Source: an uncultured Bacteroidota bacterium (GTDB taxonomy: Bacteria > Bacteroidota > Ignavibacteria > UBA10030 > UBA6906). Taken from it: a stretch of DNA of 64,000 nt. A program made the translations under genes and the position numbers. The first letter of the stretch is position 1. Each line of letters begins with the position of its first letter. The stretch is taken from NCBI GenBank assembly GCA_963700635.1, contig CAVOYH010000004.1:544001-608000 (forward strand). The letters run 5' to 3'. The notes below the pieces were generated by a model. The model was not told the origin of the DNA. It did not search any database and worked only from the letters and a program-made list of their open reading frames with translations. Shown here one piece after another: positions 42,697-53,164 of this stretch.

Positions 42697-43548
42697 TCAA
42701 CTCTCTGCAACCTGCCGCAGGAATTCCCGGCTGGCCTGTGCCGTCTGCTCGGTTGTATCTTCCAACAAAATGCTGATGCCCGGTTTGTCATTGACGGCAA
42801 ACTTCATTACCAGATCGTGCCGCAGTTTTCCAAGACCTGCGCCTGCACTTTTGATCTGGCCGTTTTCCACGACAAAATCCTTCGCATGAATAATCGCGAT
42901 CCGGTCTCCGAACAGTTCGAACGATTCGCCGATGACCCGCTCCTGCTCGTGAACATTGTCAAGCGAGAGGAGATTCACCGGATCGAAGACAACCTGCAGA
43001 TTATTCGACGCGACAGTATCCAGCATCCGCCTCATTTTTTGGGGCGTCGAAACGACGTGTGATGCCACCGCCTCAATGCCGACGATGACGCCGAACCGTT
43101 CGGCTTCGGCGGCAAGTTCTGCGATGCTCGCGAGTGATTGTTCGAACGCTGCCTCGCCGTGGTTTCCGGGATGAGGTGAATAGTCCGCGTTGAGGGAACC
43201 GGTTTCGAGCGCGACGAGCCCGTTCCCGAATTCACGGGCATAGCGCAGATGTTCCTTAAAAAGTCCTAGCAGCGATTGTCGTGTCGCGGGATCGGGGTGG
43301 ATCGGATTCACGTAGCAGCCGAGCACCGCGATTTGAACCCCATGATTCTGAAACGCCTCTTTGATGTCAAATGCGAGACCAGGATTAAGAACACCGGGTT
43401 TTAACGTAAATCCGGCGATGGCCTTGCCGAGTGCGAGTTGTGCGCAGACCAACTGCTTTGCCGCGATCTTCGCAGCGAGTTCTCCTGCTGGCAGGCAACC
43501 AAAATCGTGGGCACGCACACCGATGCGAATGGGTACGGAGGAACTCAT
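42697..43548 (-). CDS. sugar phosphate isomerase/epimerase (AP endonuclease 2 TIM barrel)
   Basis: GVRAHD, GCYVNP, IEAV, FDPVN and HAKD metal-binding motifs. Confidence 0.85.
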   Translation of the reverse strand: MSSSVPIRIGVRAHDFGCLPAGELAAKIAAKQLVCAQLALGKAIAGFTLKPGVLNPGLAFDIKEAFQNHGVQIAVLGCYVNPIHPDPATRQSLLGLFKEHLRYAREFGNGLVALETGSLNADYSPHPGNHGEAAFEQSLASIAELAAEAERFGVIVGIEAVASHVVSTPQKMRRMLDTVASNNLQVVFDPVNLLSLDNVHEQERVIGESFELFGDRIAIIHAKDFVVENGQIKSAGAGLGKLRHDLVMKFAVNDKPGISILLEDTTEQTAQASREFLRQVAES

Positions 43549-44642
43549 GTCGCTGCCTCAATTGTTGCGGACCTTTTCTGAAACAGGTATTCACTGAGCA
43601 TCAGAAGTGTCAAACCCTGACCGTACAGCGTCGGATAGCGAGTCAGTTGTCCATACGCATCAATCGTAGGCATGATTGGCGTCCCTCCCGATACGCCTTC
43701 GACTGCGCCTTCGGGATTGATCTTTGTGATCACTCCCTCCATGGCTTTGAGGGCACTCACCATCGTGCCGGGCTCCAGCATACCGAGACGTACCGCTTTC
43801 ATCATGCCGCCGGCATTGCCTGCACTACCTGATGTTTCCTGATAAAAATCGGGTCTGTCCATGACGGTGTGCCATAGACCATTTGCCGCCTGGTATTTCA
43901 AAATGCCATGCACCAGTTTCTCATACCTCGCGGTGATTTCTTTCGGCACTTCCACCATGTCACGTATCGTCTCGATTATCATTGGAGCGCCAATCACCAC
44001 CCATGAATTTCCTCTGGTCCAGAGGGCGCCCGACATATGGTGCTTTCCCACACAATGATACCCATGAAAAAGAATCCCGGTCTTCTCGTCTTGCAGAAGT
44101 TGCAGGTGCGAAAGTAATTGTTTGATGACCTGGTCGGCGATGGTGGTATTCGACGTCAGTTTCGCGGTGCGTGACAGAAAGACCAATGCCATAAAGACAG
44201 TATCTGCCCATACTTCTTCCGAAACAGATGCGCCGTGAAAGAACACGCCATCCCGGGATCTCCCCGCATTTGCCAGGACCCACTCTGCGTACTCGACCGC
44301 TGTTTCCCGATAATACGGTTCTTTGGTTCTCAAAAACATATCTGGATACATGGCAAGCGGGGTCAGGTTATTGACATGGTCTTTCTTTGCACACTGGTGC
44401 TTGTTGCGAGCCATCCAATCTTTGATATACTGCAGTATTTCTGGGTTCTGCGTCTTCTCATAGTAGTCCGAAATGGCTGTCATGCCAACTCCTGCATTCC
44501 AGTCCCAATCATCAATATCCATACCCCAGCTGGCAGGATCATGGTCCACCTCATGTGCTGTCACCTGGGTGAGTCCTGCGGTTCCTCTCTTCATATACGC
44601 ATAGACCTGACTTGCTTTTTCTTGCGCCAATGGTAGATTCAT
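43545..44642 (-). CDS. glycoside hydrolase family 105/88 (unsaturated uronyl hydrolase)
   Basis: WDWNAG, WADTVFM, WTRGNSW, GLWHT, ETSGSA, YGQG. Confidence 0.88.
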   Translation of the reverse strand: MNLPLAQEKASQVYAYMKRGTAGLTQVTAHEVDHDPASWGMDIDDWDWNAGVGMTAISDYYEKTQNPEILQYIKDWMARNKHQCAKKDHVNNLTPLAMYPDMFLRTKEPYYRETAVEYAEWVLANAGRSRDGVFFHGASVSEEVWADTVFMALVFLSRTAKLTSNTTIADQVIKQLLSHLQLLQDEKTGILFHGYHCVGKHHMSGALWTRGNSWVVIGAPMIIETIRDMVEVPKEITARYEKLVHGILKYQAANGLWHTVMDRPDFYQETSGSAGNAGGMMKAVRLGMLEPGTMVSALKAMEGVITKINPEGAVEGVSGGTPIMPTIDAYGQLTRYPTLYGQGLTLLMLSEYLFQKRSATIEAAT

Positions 44643-44757
44643 GTCGTTTTTGCCTTTTTTTGTCAATTCCTACGTCTTTTGTTTGATTGCCGTCCTTCTT
44701 CACCGAGCTGCAGCCCGTCATACAATAGCGAAATTCTTTTGAAATCGATACTCCTAT

Positions 44758-45600
44758 TCAAACCGGCAATCTTCTTCGTGCTACCGGAAAGACCGGAAAT
44801 TTTGCGTGCGGCTCCAGCTGATACCAATACGCTGTGGATGCAATGTCGTGAGCAAGAGGCCGGTATTTTCGGGGTTGGCCCGGCCACCAGCCCAATGCCT
44901 GAATTGTCACTTTGATGTCCTGTTCGAAACAGATGGGATCCAGAAGATGCCAGCGATACATGCTCCACTTCGGCGGACCATCTTCATTGTGCTGCTTTAG
45001 GGTATTGCCCGAGTAGGCGGTAGTGTAGACCTGGGGGAATCCATAACTTCCGCAGAAATAATCTTCGGTGCCGGTCCCGCAAATGGTCGGAAACCGGGTG
45101 TCGCCATCCAGGTAAACTTTCAATTCACCTTCGCCGAACCATCCATCAGACAATTGTATCCAGGCCAGGAAGGTACCAACATACCGTCCTTGCCCTTTCA
45201 CATTGTCAAGAATGACGAAGTCGGGCCGCTCCGGGTTCGTCACAGCACGGCGCCACTGAGCATGAAAATAACCGGCATCTTCCGGAACAGCGGTTTCGGC
45301 GTAGGTAATCTGATATGCCAGAAGATCCAGATCCTCAGCACCCTCATTCGTAAAAGTGATCCGGACATGTTTCCGGAACGACATCGGCCAATAACAATTC
45401 AAAGCGTTGAGCGGGTTCACCACAACAGCCAGTGAATTGACCGGAGCAAACAGTTCGTGCCCCACCGCGAAAAAATCAGGCGCCGGCACTTCGACGGAAG
45501 GAGTCGTTTCGCCATCGGACAACATCCCCGACGTAAATTTAGGGAGAAATTTCGATAGAAGCACATCTCCTTCATGGACAACCTTTTTCATCTCTGTCAT
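44758..45600 (-). CDS. DUF2961/GH172 family protein, apparently N-terminally truncated
   Basis: DGETTPSVEVP, WFGEGE, GTGTEDYF and YRWH are present; the first ~27 aa do not look like the family N-terminus. Confidence 0.75.
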   Translation of the reverse strand: MTEMKKVVHEGDVLLSKFLPKFTSGMLSDGETTPSVEVPAPDFFAVGHELFAPVNSLAVVVNPLNALNCYWPMSFRKHVRITFTNEGAEDLDLLAYQITYAETAVPEDAGYFHAQWRRAVTNPERPDFVILDNVKGQGRYVGTFLAWIQLSDGWFGEGELKVYLDGDTRFPTICGTGTEDYFCGSYGFPQVYTTAYSGNTLKQHNEDGPPKWSMYRWHLLDPICFEQDIKVTIQALGWWPGQPRKYRPLAHDIASTAYWYQLEPHAKFPVFPVARRRLPV

Positions 45601-45711
45601 CCGTTCGTTGAAGTACTCCTGCTCGACGTCGTATGAGGGATTGACATCAAAAAAATGTTATATTGTTGTTAGTCGCAGTCGCTTGTGGACCTCCACCTCC
45701 CTTGAGTCGAC

Positions 45712-48700
45712 ATGCCGATGCAGAGTTTAAGGATTTTCGCCGCTCTTGGATGCGAAATCAGCATCGCCGCACTCATTCTGTGCCCGTCTCTTGCCTTCTC
45801 TCAATCACTGACCCACAGGGCTAATCCGGAACTATCGGTAATTCAACAGGCAAAGGGCTTACAACCGCTGCGTTCCAGACTGCCGGGGGCATCTGCCATA
45901 GACGATTCAGCATTTGCGCTGCGAAGGGCGCTCCGACCCCTGCGTCACCAGGAATTCCGGATCGCGCCCAGTGAGAGTCTCCGTGTTCTAGGGTTCTCGA
46001 CATTCAACTCGATCGCGGGGCCAGCACAGGAAATACCTTATGCCATCGCAGCCGACGATTCCGGCAATACCTATATCACTGGAACGGGAACCCTCGTTCC
46101 CAATGGGTGCAGCTATCTGACGATCAAGATCGACCCGACCGGTCGGACGCAGTGGATGGCGCGATACACGAACGAAACTCCCATGTCTTCGCACAGCGCA
46201 ACCGGAATCGTCGTAGACAATGACGGCAATGTGATTGTGACCGGGACGAGCGAAGGGGCTTCGGGAACTGATGACATTGCCACGGTGAAATACGATCAGA
46301 ATGGCATACAACTCTGGGCTGCCCGTTATGACGGAATCTCAGGTGGTGACGATGCGGCGGTGGGAATTGCGCTTGATAGTGCCGGTTCCATTTGCGTCAC
46401 CGGCTCCACAATCGGCAGCAACGCGTCTGGGGACATAGTCGTCCTGAAGTACCGTCCCGATGGCACTCAGGTGTGGTCAGCCCACTATGATGGGAATGAT
46501 CATCTTGAAGACGGTGCCGTAGCGATGACGGCGACTCCGTCGGGGGATCTTGTTGTGGTTGCCCAATCAGTCAATGCGCGAGGGGATTGGGACTACCTCA
46601 CGATCTGCTTCGATAGCACAGGCGCTCTCCGGTGGGCAGCACGCTACGACAGGGGGCCGGGGTATGACGAGTATGTCTGGGCTGTCGATGGCAATGATAG
46701 TGGCAATGTTTACGTGACCGGGTGGAGCAGCAATCATACCAACTCCCATGAAACGGTGACCATGTCGTATTCTCCTTCGGGCTCGCAGCGATGGCTGGCA
46801 CGATATAGTGTTCCAAATAATGGGTATATGTTTCCATACGCTATCGCAGTTGATTCCCGGGATGATGTCATCGTTACGGGTCAGCACGAAGGTGGCGGAT
46901 CCGGCGACCTCGGGACCATTGCGTACGACAGTGTGGGCAATCAACGCTGGATAGACGTGTATGATGGACCCGCCGGGGATTACGACGCGGGCCGGGACGT
47001 TACCATCGGTAAAGACGGATCCGTCTATGTCGTTGGCGAGAGCCGTGGTAGTGGAGCCATCTGGGGTGCACAGGATGACTTTGTCTCGATAAAATTCACC
47101 AGGGATGGCGTGCGAGAGTGGGTTCGGCGATACAATGGTCCAGCGGACGGCTACGATCAGGGCGCGCATTGTATCCTTGACGGGGAAATGAACCTTACGG
47201 TGGCGGGACGGAGCGAACGAGCCAATACCGACAATGACATTGCCGTTGTCCGATATGACAGATTCGGCACAGAGCAATGGGTTACGCGTTATGACGGTGA
47301 CGGCTCATCGTATGTCGTCCCAACCGCCGTGTCCACTGACGCAAGCGGTAATATCTATCTGCTGGGATCAAGTAGCAGGAGTGGGAGTTGGTATGATATG
47401 GCGTTGTGCAAGTTCGACCGGGATGGTGTCCTGCAATGGTCGAGGACGTTTGAATTGACACCCGGCGGGTATGATTGGTTTCCTTTCCTTGCCGTGGATC
47501 GAGAGGGGAGTGTTGTCGTATGCGGAGAGGGTGATGCCCCGAACTCTTCATACCGGGACATTGTGACGATCAAATACGACTCTACGGGAAAACAACTCTG
47601 GGTCCGGACGTACAACAGCCCCGCAAACGACTGGGACTATCCCACCGGCATGCAGGTGGACAGCCAGGGCAATATCGTTGTTGTCGGAACAACCTCATCC
47701 AACTCGATTTTAGTCATCAAGTACGATACGAATGGCAACGAGTTGTGGAAGTATGGCTCCACGGTCAGCGGCAGCAGCGAGCTCGGCCCGGTTATCGACA
47801 AGGGCGGCAACGTCTATTCAATGCTTCTGCGGTATGGTTCACAAGGTGGCATCACTCTCCTCAAACACTCGGCCCGGGGCCAGTTATGTTGGACGGTTGA
47901 CTGGTCCGTCCCGCAGTCCAGCATCCTTCCCGTTGACATCGCCGTGGATCGGTTTGGATTTGTGTTCCTTCTTTCGAAGCTGGGCAAATCCGGATCGTCA
48001 GATGTGATGACCGTAACCAAATTCAGCCCACTCGGACGTCTCCATCTGGACTGCGAGCGAAGAACCATCGGCGGGGGCGCAATGGGGCTTCTCTCACCGC
48101 CTGTTTGTTGACGAGGCCGGACGTTGTGTGATCGCGGGAACGAGTTGGTCGTATTCAGCGGGGGCAACAAGATTGGAAATGGTGGCCCTGGACGACAAAG
48201 GCCAGAAACGCTGGAGCAGCTCGGGCTCCACCGGCAGAAACTCAACAATTCAGCATCTCCGGGGACTGTCCAACGGCGGATATGAAGTCGCGGTAACGAT
48301 AGACGGCAGGGAGCTACAAGTGCTTCAATACGCAGATGACGGCCAGAGGCTCAGCATCCATGGCCTCCCCCTGAGTGTATTCACCGGATCCACACAAATT
48401 GCCTCAATCAATAGATTCGGCGAAATGGTACTGGCGGGTGCGCGCAGTGGCCCAGGGTGGGCGACGTCCGTAGTATTAAGGATCGGGGGCTTCCCCGCGG
48501 CACGTGAGGTCGTCCCGCCATTCATAGCTGGTACGGTGCGACTCGAGCAGAACTTCCCCAACCCCTTTAACAACTTAACAGTAATTCACTTTGCCCTGTC
48601 CATGTCCGCTCATACGACGGTCAGCGTCTACAACAGTCTCGGACAGACGGTCTCACAGCTCATCGACGATGACCTCCCATCGGGGGAACACAACATCGTT

Positions 48701-48793
48701 TGGGATGCCCGTGGCATGGCGAGTGGGCTTTACCTGGTGGTGGTCAGAGCCGGAGCAGGACAGGCGGCAACAAAAGCGATTCTCCTCAGGTGA
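45712..48793 (+). CDS. SBBP-repeat beta-propeller protein with T9SS CTD (frameshift near 48042)
   Basis: Many repeats of D..GN..VTG...D..T.KYD..G...W..RY; the second frame ends QNFPNPFN...ASGLY. Confidence 0.85.
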
Positions 48794-48803
48794 GGGGGGG
48801 TCG

Positions 48804-50213
48804 TCAGTTCTCGTGCACATCAGGATCAAAAGCAGGGAGGCTGACGCGAAATTCCGTCCGGCCGGGTTCGCTTGCCACTTCGATCTCGCCGTTGTGCCAG
48901 TCCACGATCCGCCGGACAATATCCAGGCCGAGTCCCGTCCCTTCGCCAATCGATTTGGTCGTAAAGAACGGATCGAAGATTTGGGCCTTCGTGTCCGGGG
49001 GAATCCCCGGTCCGTCGTCTATTACCCGGACAACGACTGCTGGCCCTTCATGCACAGCAGTCACGATGATGCGCCCGTTGTCGGGGGCGGCATCGATTGC
49101 ATTGTCCAGAAGGTTCATCCAGATCTGGTTTATTTCCGCGCTGAGCCCGTAGGCGGAGGGAAGATCCGTGGGCGTGTCGAGTGTGATGGCTACAGATTTG
49201 TTCCTTGCCTTGCCCCCGAGAAGCGCGATCGTATCCGTTAATCCTGCCGGGATGTCCACCGGACCCTGATCCGGTGCCCGGTCCATGTGTGTGAAGCCCT
49301 TGACCGCGGTGACGAGTGAGTGAATGCGGCCGGCTGCGCGTTCTATATTGATCGCCAGCGAACGTGCTTCACAACCCGCAGTAATCCACCGGAGCGCAGC
49401 ATTGAGGCCGGCTCCCGTGAGAATGGAGGCAAGGCGGTTCAGTGTCTCATCGGCTACGGCGATACGGGCCAGCTCTCCGGCCATACCTGTGTCGGCTCCA
49501 CGGGATTCAAGCCACACGAGGATCTCCTCCTCTCTGTCAGAGAGCGCTAATCCCGAGATTGCCGGGTTGGTAGACCCGGTGATGCACAGGGTGTGGAGAC
49601 TGTCAAGTTCCGCCAGTTGAGGGGCGGTGAGGCCTGAGGAGCCGAGCCTCCGGGCTGCTTCTTCCGCCGCAAGCAGAGCACCCATTAACGATTTTGCATC
49701 ACGCATGGCGGCTGAGGCAGGATTGTTCAGTTCGTGAGCAAGGCCTGCCGCGAGCTTTCCGAGAGAGACCATCTTTTCATTACGAAGGTCTGCCGAGGTG
49801 AATCGCCGGGCACGATCGAGCATCGCATGGACCAGAATTGACGTGACTTCATGACATTCGCGAATCAACGCGGGTAAATCGCTGCGATGAAGAGTGAGGG
49901 ATTCGACCGACTCTTCGACAAGCGTATTGCCCGGCGACGTGACCATTCGTGAATAGGGTAGAACCCCGGTAACGTCGCCATCCCGCCATTCCATGATCCG
50001 TCGCTGGGTCGTCCCCAGAGTCTGGTAGAATGCCAACCGGCCGGAAAGCAGAATCTGGAGTGACTCGACGACCTCTCCGTGATGGAGGACAACCTTACCC
50101 GGCGGGTAATGATTGAGTGTGCCGTGGGTGGCCAGCCAGGATAGTTCAGTGCGCGGAGCCTTGCCGACTGTCCGATGAGATGCGAGGCGATCAATGAGTT
50201 CTTCGATATTCAC
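48804..50213 (-). CDS. cNMP-binding-domain sensor histidine kinase
   Basis: N-terminal cNMP-like domain; LAHELNNP H-box; NLLDNA, DDGPG, FFTTK, GTGLGL. Confidence 0.92.
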   Translation of the reverse strand: MNIEELIDRLASHRTVGKAPRTELSWLATHGTLNHYPPGKVVLHHGEVVESLQILLSGRLAFYQTLGTTQRRIMEWRDGDVTGVLPYSRMVTSPGNTLVEESVESLTLHRSDLPALIRECHEVTSILVHAMLDRARRFTSADLRNEKMVSLGKLAAGLAHELNNPASAAMRDAKSLMGALLAAEEAARRLGSSGLTAPQLAELDSLHTLCITGSTNPAISGLALSDREEEILVWLESRGADTGMAGELARIAVADETLNRLASILTGAGLNAALRWITAGCEARSLAINIERAAGRIHSLVTAVKGFTHMDRAPDQGPVDIPAGLTDTIALLGGKARNKSVAITLDTPTDLPSAYGLSAEINQIWMNLLDNAIDAAPDNGRIIVTAVHEGPAVVVRVIDDGPGIPPDTKAQIFDPFFTTKSIGEGTGLGLDIVRRIVDWHNGEIEVASEPGRTEFRVSLPAFDPDVHEN

Positions 50214-50400
50214 GTCATTTCCCTTTAAATTCGTCCTTCAGATGAAAAAAAATTACTTTCATCCATGCTCCTCAGTTAACGTTTCTCGGCCCCTTTCAGT
50301 TTCCGCGTTCGGCTTTTGAATAATAGGGATCCCCGGCAGGAACCTGGAAACGGATTAAAACGTTGCCATTTGGATAGGGACACAAGGGAGGGAAAGAAAC

Positions 50401-52062
50401 TTGGCAAAACCGGTAATCATGACCGTCGACGACGACCCACAGGTGCTTTCGGCGATCGAGCGCGATCTCCGTCAGCACTACCAGAATGACTACCGTGTTG
50501 TGAAGGCAGGATCCGCAGGTGAAGCCCTTGATACCGCACGCCAGCTCAAACAGAGGGGTACCGCAGTTGCCCTTTTTCTGGTAGATCAGCGGATGCCTGA
50601 GATGACCGGCACACGATTGCTCTCCGAAATGAGGGGTCTTCACCCCGAAGCCCGCAAGGTCTTGCTCACTGCCTATGCTGATACAAGGGCTGCAATCGAT
50701 AGTATAAATGAGATCGGGCTTGATCACTATCTGATGAAGCCCTGGGACCCGCCTGATCAGAAGCTCTATCCTGTCCTTGACGATCTTCTTGCAGATTGGA
50801 GGAGTCACGCTCACCCTCCCTACGACGGCATCCGGATCGCCGGCGCGAGTCTCTCGCCCCAGAGTTACGCTGTTCGTGATTTCCTGTCGCGCAATCAGGT
50901 CCCGTACCAGTGGGTCGATATCGATGAAGACGCTGCCATGCACAAGCTCATCGAGGGTCTCCCGGAGGGCCTCACGGGGTTGCCGGTGGTGCTCTTCCCT
51001 GATGGAACATATCTGAGGGTTCCCTCAAATACCCAGCTTGCACAGAAAATCGGCCTCCAGACAGAAGCACAACGCCCGTTTTACGATGTTGCCGTCATTG
51101 GAGGTGGACCAGCGGGGCTGGCAAACACCCTCTACGCAGCCTCCGAAGGTATGCGCGTCGTCCTTGTTGAGCAGAGCGGGCCAGGCGGCCAGGCAGGAAC
51201 AAGCTCCATGATCGAAAACTACCTTGGTTTCCCCAATGGCATATCGGGTGCGGACCTTGCCCAGCGAGCGAGTGCGCAGGCCCGACGATTTGGTGCTGAG
51301 ATCCTGACCGCACAAAAGGTCGTGGGGATCCGCCGTGAAGACCCGTACAGGATCGTTCAACTGGCGGATGGAAAAGAGATCTCAGCGTATGCGGTTGTCC
51401 TTACGACGGGGATGGCGGTTCGGACACTGGATGTGCCCGGTGTAGAGACTTTCAGCGGTCGTGGTGTCTTCTATGGTGTTGCTTTGAGCGAGGCGGCTGC
51501 GTACCGGGGTCAAGATGTTTGCATAGTCGGTGGTGCGAACTCCGCGGGACAGGCAGCATTGTTCTTCTCGCGATACGCCCGGCGGGTGACGATCCTGGTG
51601 CGTGCGCCTGACATCAGCCCGGGCATGTCCCACTATCTCGTCCAGCGCGTGAAGGTCACAAAGAACATCGACATCATCCCGAAAAGGGTGGTAGTCGCCG
51701 TCTGTGGTAATGGTCACGTGGAACACGTAGTGCTGCGGGACGTTGAGACGGGCGACGACAGGAAGTTGGATACTGCAGCCATGTTCATTTGCATCGGCAC
51801 GTCGCCCCATTCCGAGTTCGTTGTAAACCTCCTGGAACGAAACGATAAGGGTTTCATTCTCACCGGACTTGACCTTCCCCGCGTCAACGGCAAGCCCCGC
51901 GGTTGGACCCTTGATCGGGATCCCCTCAATTTCGAAACAAACGTCCCCGGAATCTTTGCGGCGGGAGATGTGCGCGCCGGTGCCAACAGACGGGTCGCTG
52001 CGGCCGTGGGAGAAGGCTCTGCTGCGATCTATTCTGTTCATCGATACCTCAACACAGTGTAA
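50401..52062 (+). CDS. response-regulator receiver-thioredoxin reductase-like fusion
   Basis: VDDD, DQRMP and KPW receiver motifs; GGGPAG, GGANSAG and AAGDVR flavoprotein motifs; no CxxC. Confidence 0.9.
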   Translation: MAKPVIMTVDDDPQVLSAIERDLRQHYQNDYRVVKAGSAGEALDTARQLKQRGTAVALFLVDQRMPEMTGTRLLSEMRGLHPEARKVLLTAYADTRAAIDSINEIGLDHYLMKPWDPPDQKLYPVLDDLLADWRSHAHPPYDGIRIAGASLSPQSYAVRDFLSRNQVPYQWVDIDEDAAMHKLIEGLPEGLTGLPVVLFPDGTYLRVPSNTQLAQKIGLQTEAQRPFYDVAVIGGGPAGLANTLYAASEGMRVVLVEQSGPGGQAGTSSMIENYLGFPNGISGADLAQRASAQARRFGAEILTAQKVVGIRREDPYRIVQLADGKEISAYAVVLTTGMAVRTLDVPGVETFSGRGVFYGVALSEAAAYRGQDVCIVGGANSAGQAALFFSRYARRVTILVRAPDISPGMSHYLVQRVKVTKNIDIIPKRVVVAVCGNGHVEHVVLRDVETGDDRKLDTAAMFICIGTSPHSEFVVNLLERNDKGFILTGLDLPRVNGKPRGWTLDRDPLNFETNVPGIFAAGDVRAGANRRVAAAVGEGSAAIYSVHRYLNTV

Positions 52063-52092
52063 ATTCTGCAACGCACAAAGGGAGACACACCA

Positions 52093-52359
52093 ATGAAGAG
52101 GTTTCTGGTAATATCACATCACGGTGCGGCGGAGTGCAATATGGCTCTCAAACAGGTGCTTGCAATCGGATACCTGACACATTATGACTGGGGATGCAAG
52201 GATGGGGTGCATGCCGGCTGGGCGGTTATAGAAGCGGAGGACAAAGCGGAAGCATTGATGAGCGTTCCCATATTCCTCCGCAACCAGGCTCAGGTCGTGC
52301 GGCTCACGAAGTTCAAGGCGGAGCACATCGAAACGACCCATCAAACACGAGAATCATAA
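52093..52359 (+). CDS. small hypothetical protein (ferredoxin-like fold possible)
   Basis: RBS AGGGAG; motif H....C...WGC..G.H.GW. Confidence 0.7.
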   Translation: MKRFLVISHHGAAECNMALKQVLAIGYLTHYDWGCKDGVHAGWAVIEAEDKAEALMSVPIFLRNQAQVVRLTKFKAEHIETTHQTRES

Positions 52360-52368
52360 GGCCACTTT

Positions 52369-53052
52369 ATGTGTTTTTCGGCAGGAGCAAGTTTTGCAGG
52401 CGGAATTGTTATCTCTTCAATAGGAGTTGCTACTCTCAGGGAAGTTAAGAAGCCTTCTCAGGTGGCGTTCGCAGGTATTCCATTGCTCTTCGGAATCCAG
52501 CAGATTGCTGAAGGGTTCGTATGGCTGGCATTGACAAATCCTGAGTATGCTCACTTCGAGAAAGCCGGCACCTATCTGTTTCTGATGATGGCAAGGGTCA
52601 TTTGGCCGGCAATAGTTCCGCTCTCAGTGCTTCTGATGGAAGAGGATCGGATAAACAGGCGGATCCAATCCATCCTGCTTGTCATGGGCCTATCGGTCTC
52701 CCTGTATTATGCGTACTGCCTGGCGTTCCTCAACGTCTTTCCGCAAATTCTTGGTCATCATATTCAGTACATTAGCGACTTCCCGGAGTCTTTGGCAGTA
52801 CCGGTCTTTGTCATATATTTTATCGCGGGGATCACACCCCTCTTTGTCTCGAGCATCAAAAAGACACGTCTCCTGGGCGTGCTGATGTTCTTATCGTGTC
52901 TGGTCACAGCAGTGTTCTTTGTTGAATATCTCACTTCGGTCTGGTGTTTCTTTGCGGCGCTGGTAAGCGGCGTGGTTTTCTGGATCCTCAAAGGATCGGG
53001 ATACAGTCATAATCCCGAGTTGACCCGTCCCCCGAAGGGTGACCCCATTTGA
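52369..53052 (+). CDS. multi-TM membrane protein (DUF6629-like)
   Basis: MCFSAGASF start, PLLFGIQQIAEG, SVWCFFAA. Confidence 0.75.
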   Translation: MCFSAGASFAGGIVISSIGVATLREVKKPSQVAFAGIPLLFGIQQIAEGFVWLALTNPEYAHFEKAGTYLFLMMARVIWPAIVPLSVLLMEEDRINRRIQSILLVMGLSVSLYYAYCLAFLNVFPQILGHHIQYISDFPESLAVPVFVIYFIAGITPLFVSSIKKTRLLGVLMFLSCLVTAVFFVEYLTSVWCFFAALVSGVVFWILKGSGYSHNPELTRPPKGDPI

Positions 53053-53164
53053 TATGGTGGAATTCACCAGGGTAAGCAACGTGAAGCTGCCACCTTCCTG
53101 ATCCTCGCCACCGACCCCGCTGTTGAAGAGTCCCTTCCAATCGCCGGGCGATTGTCCCCTCATT

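Noticed and set aside
45641-45666. TTGACA followed by TATATT/TATTGT as a sigma70 promoter
   Set aside because: The spacer is only 12-14 bp, so it cannot be supported as a canonical promoter.
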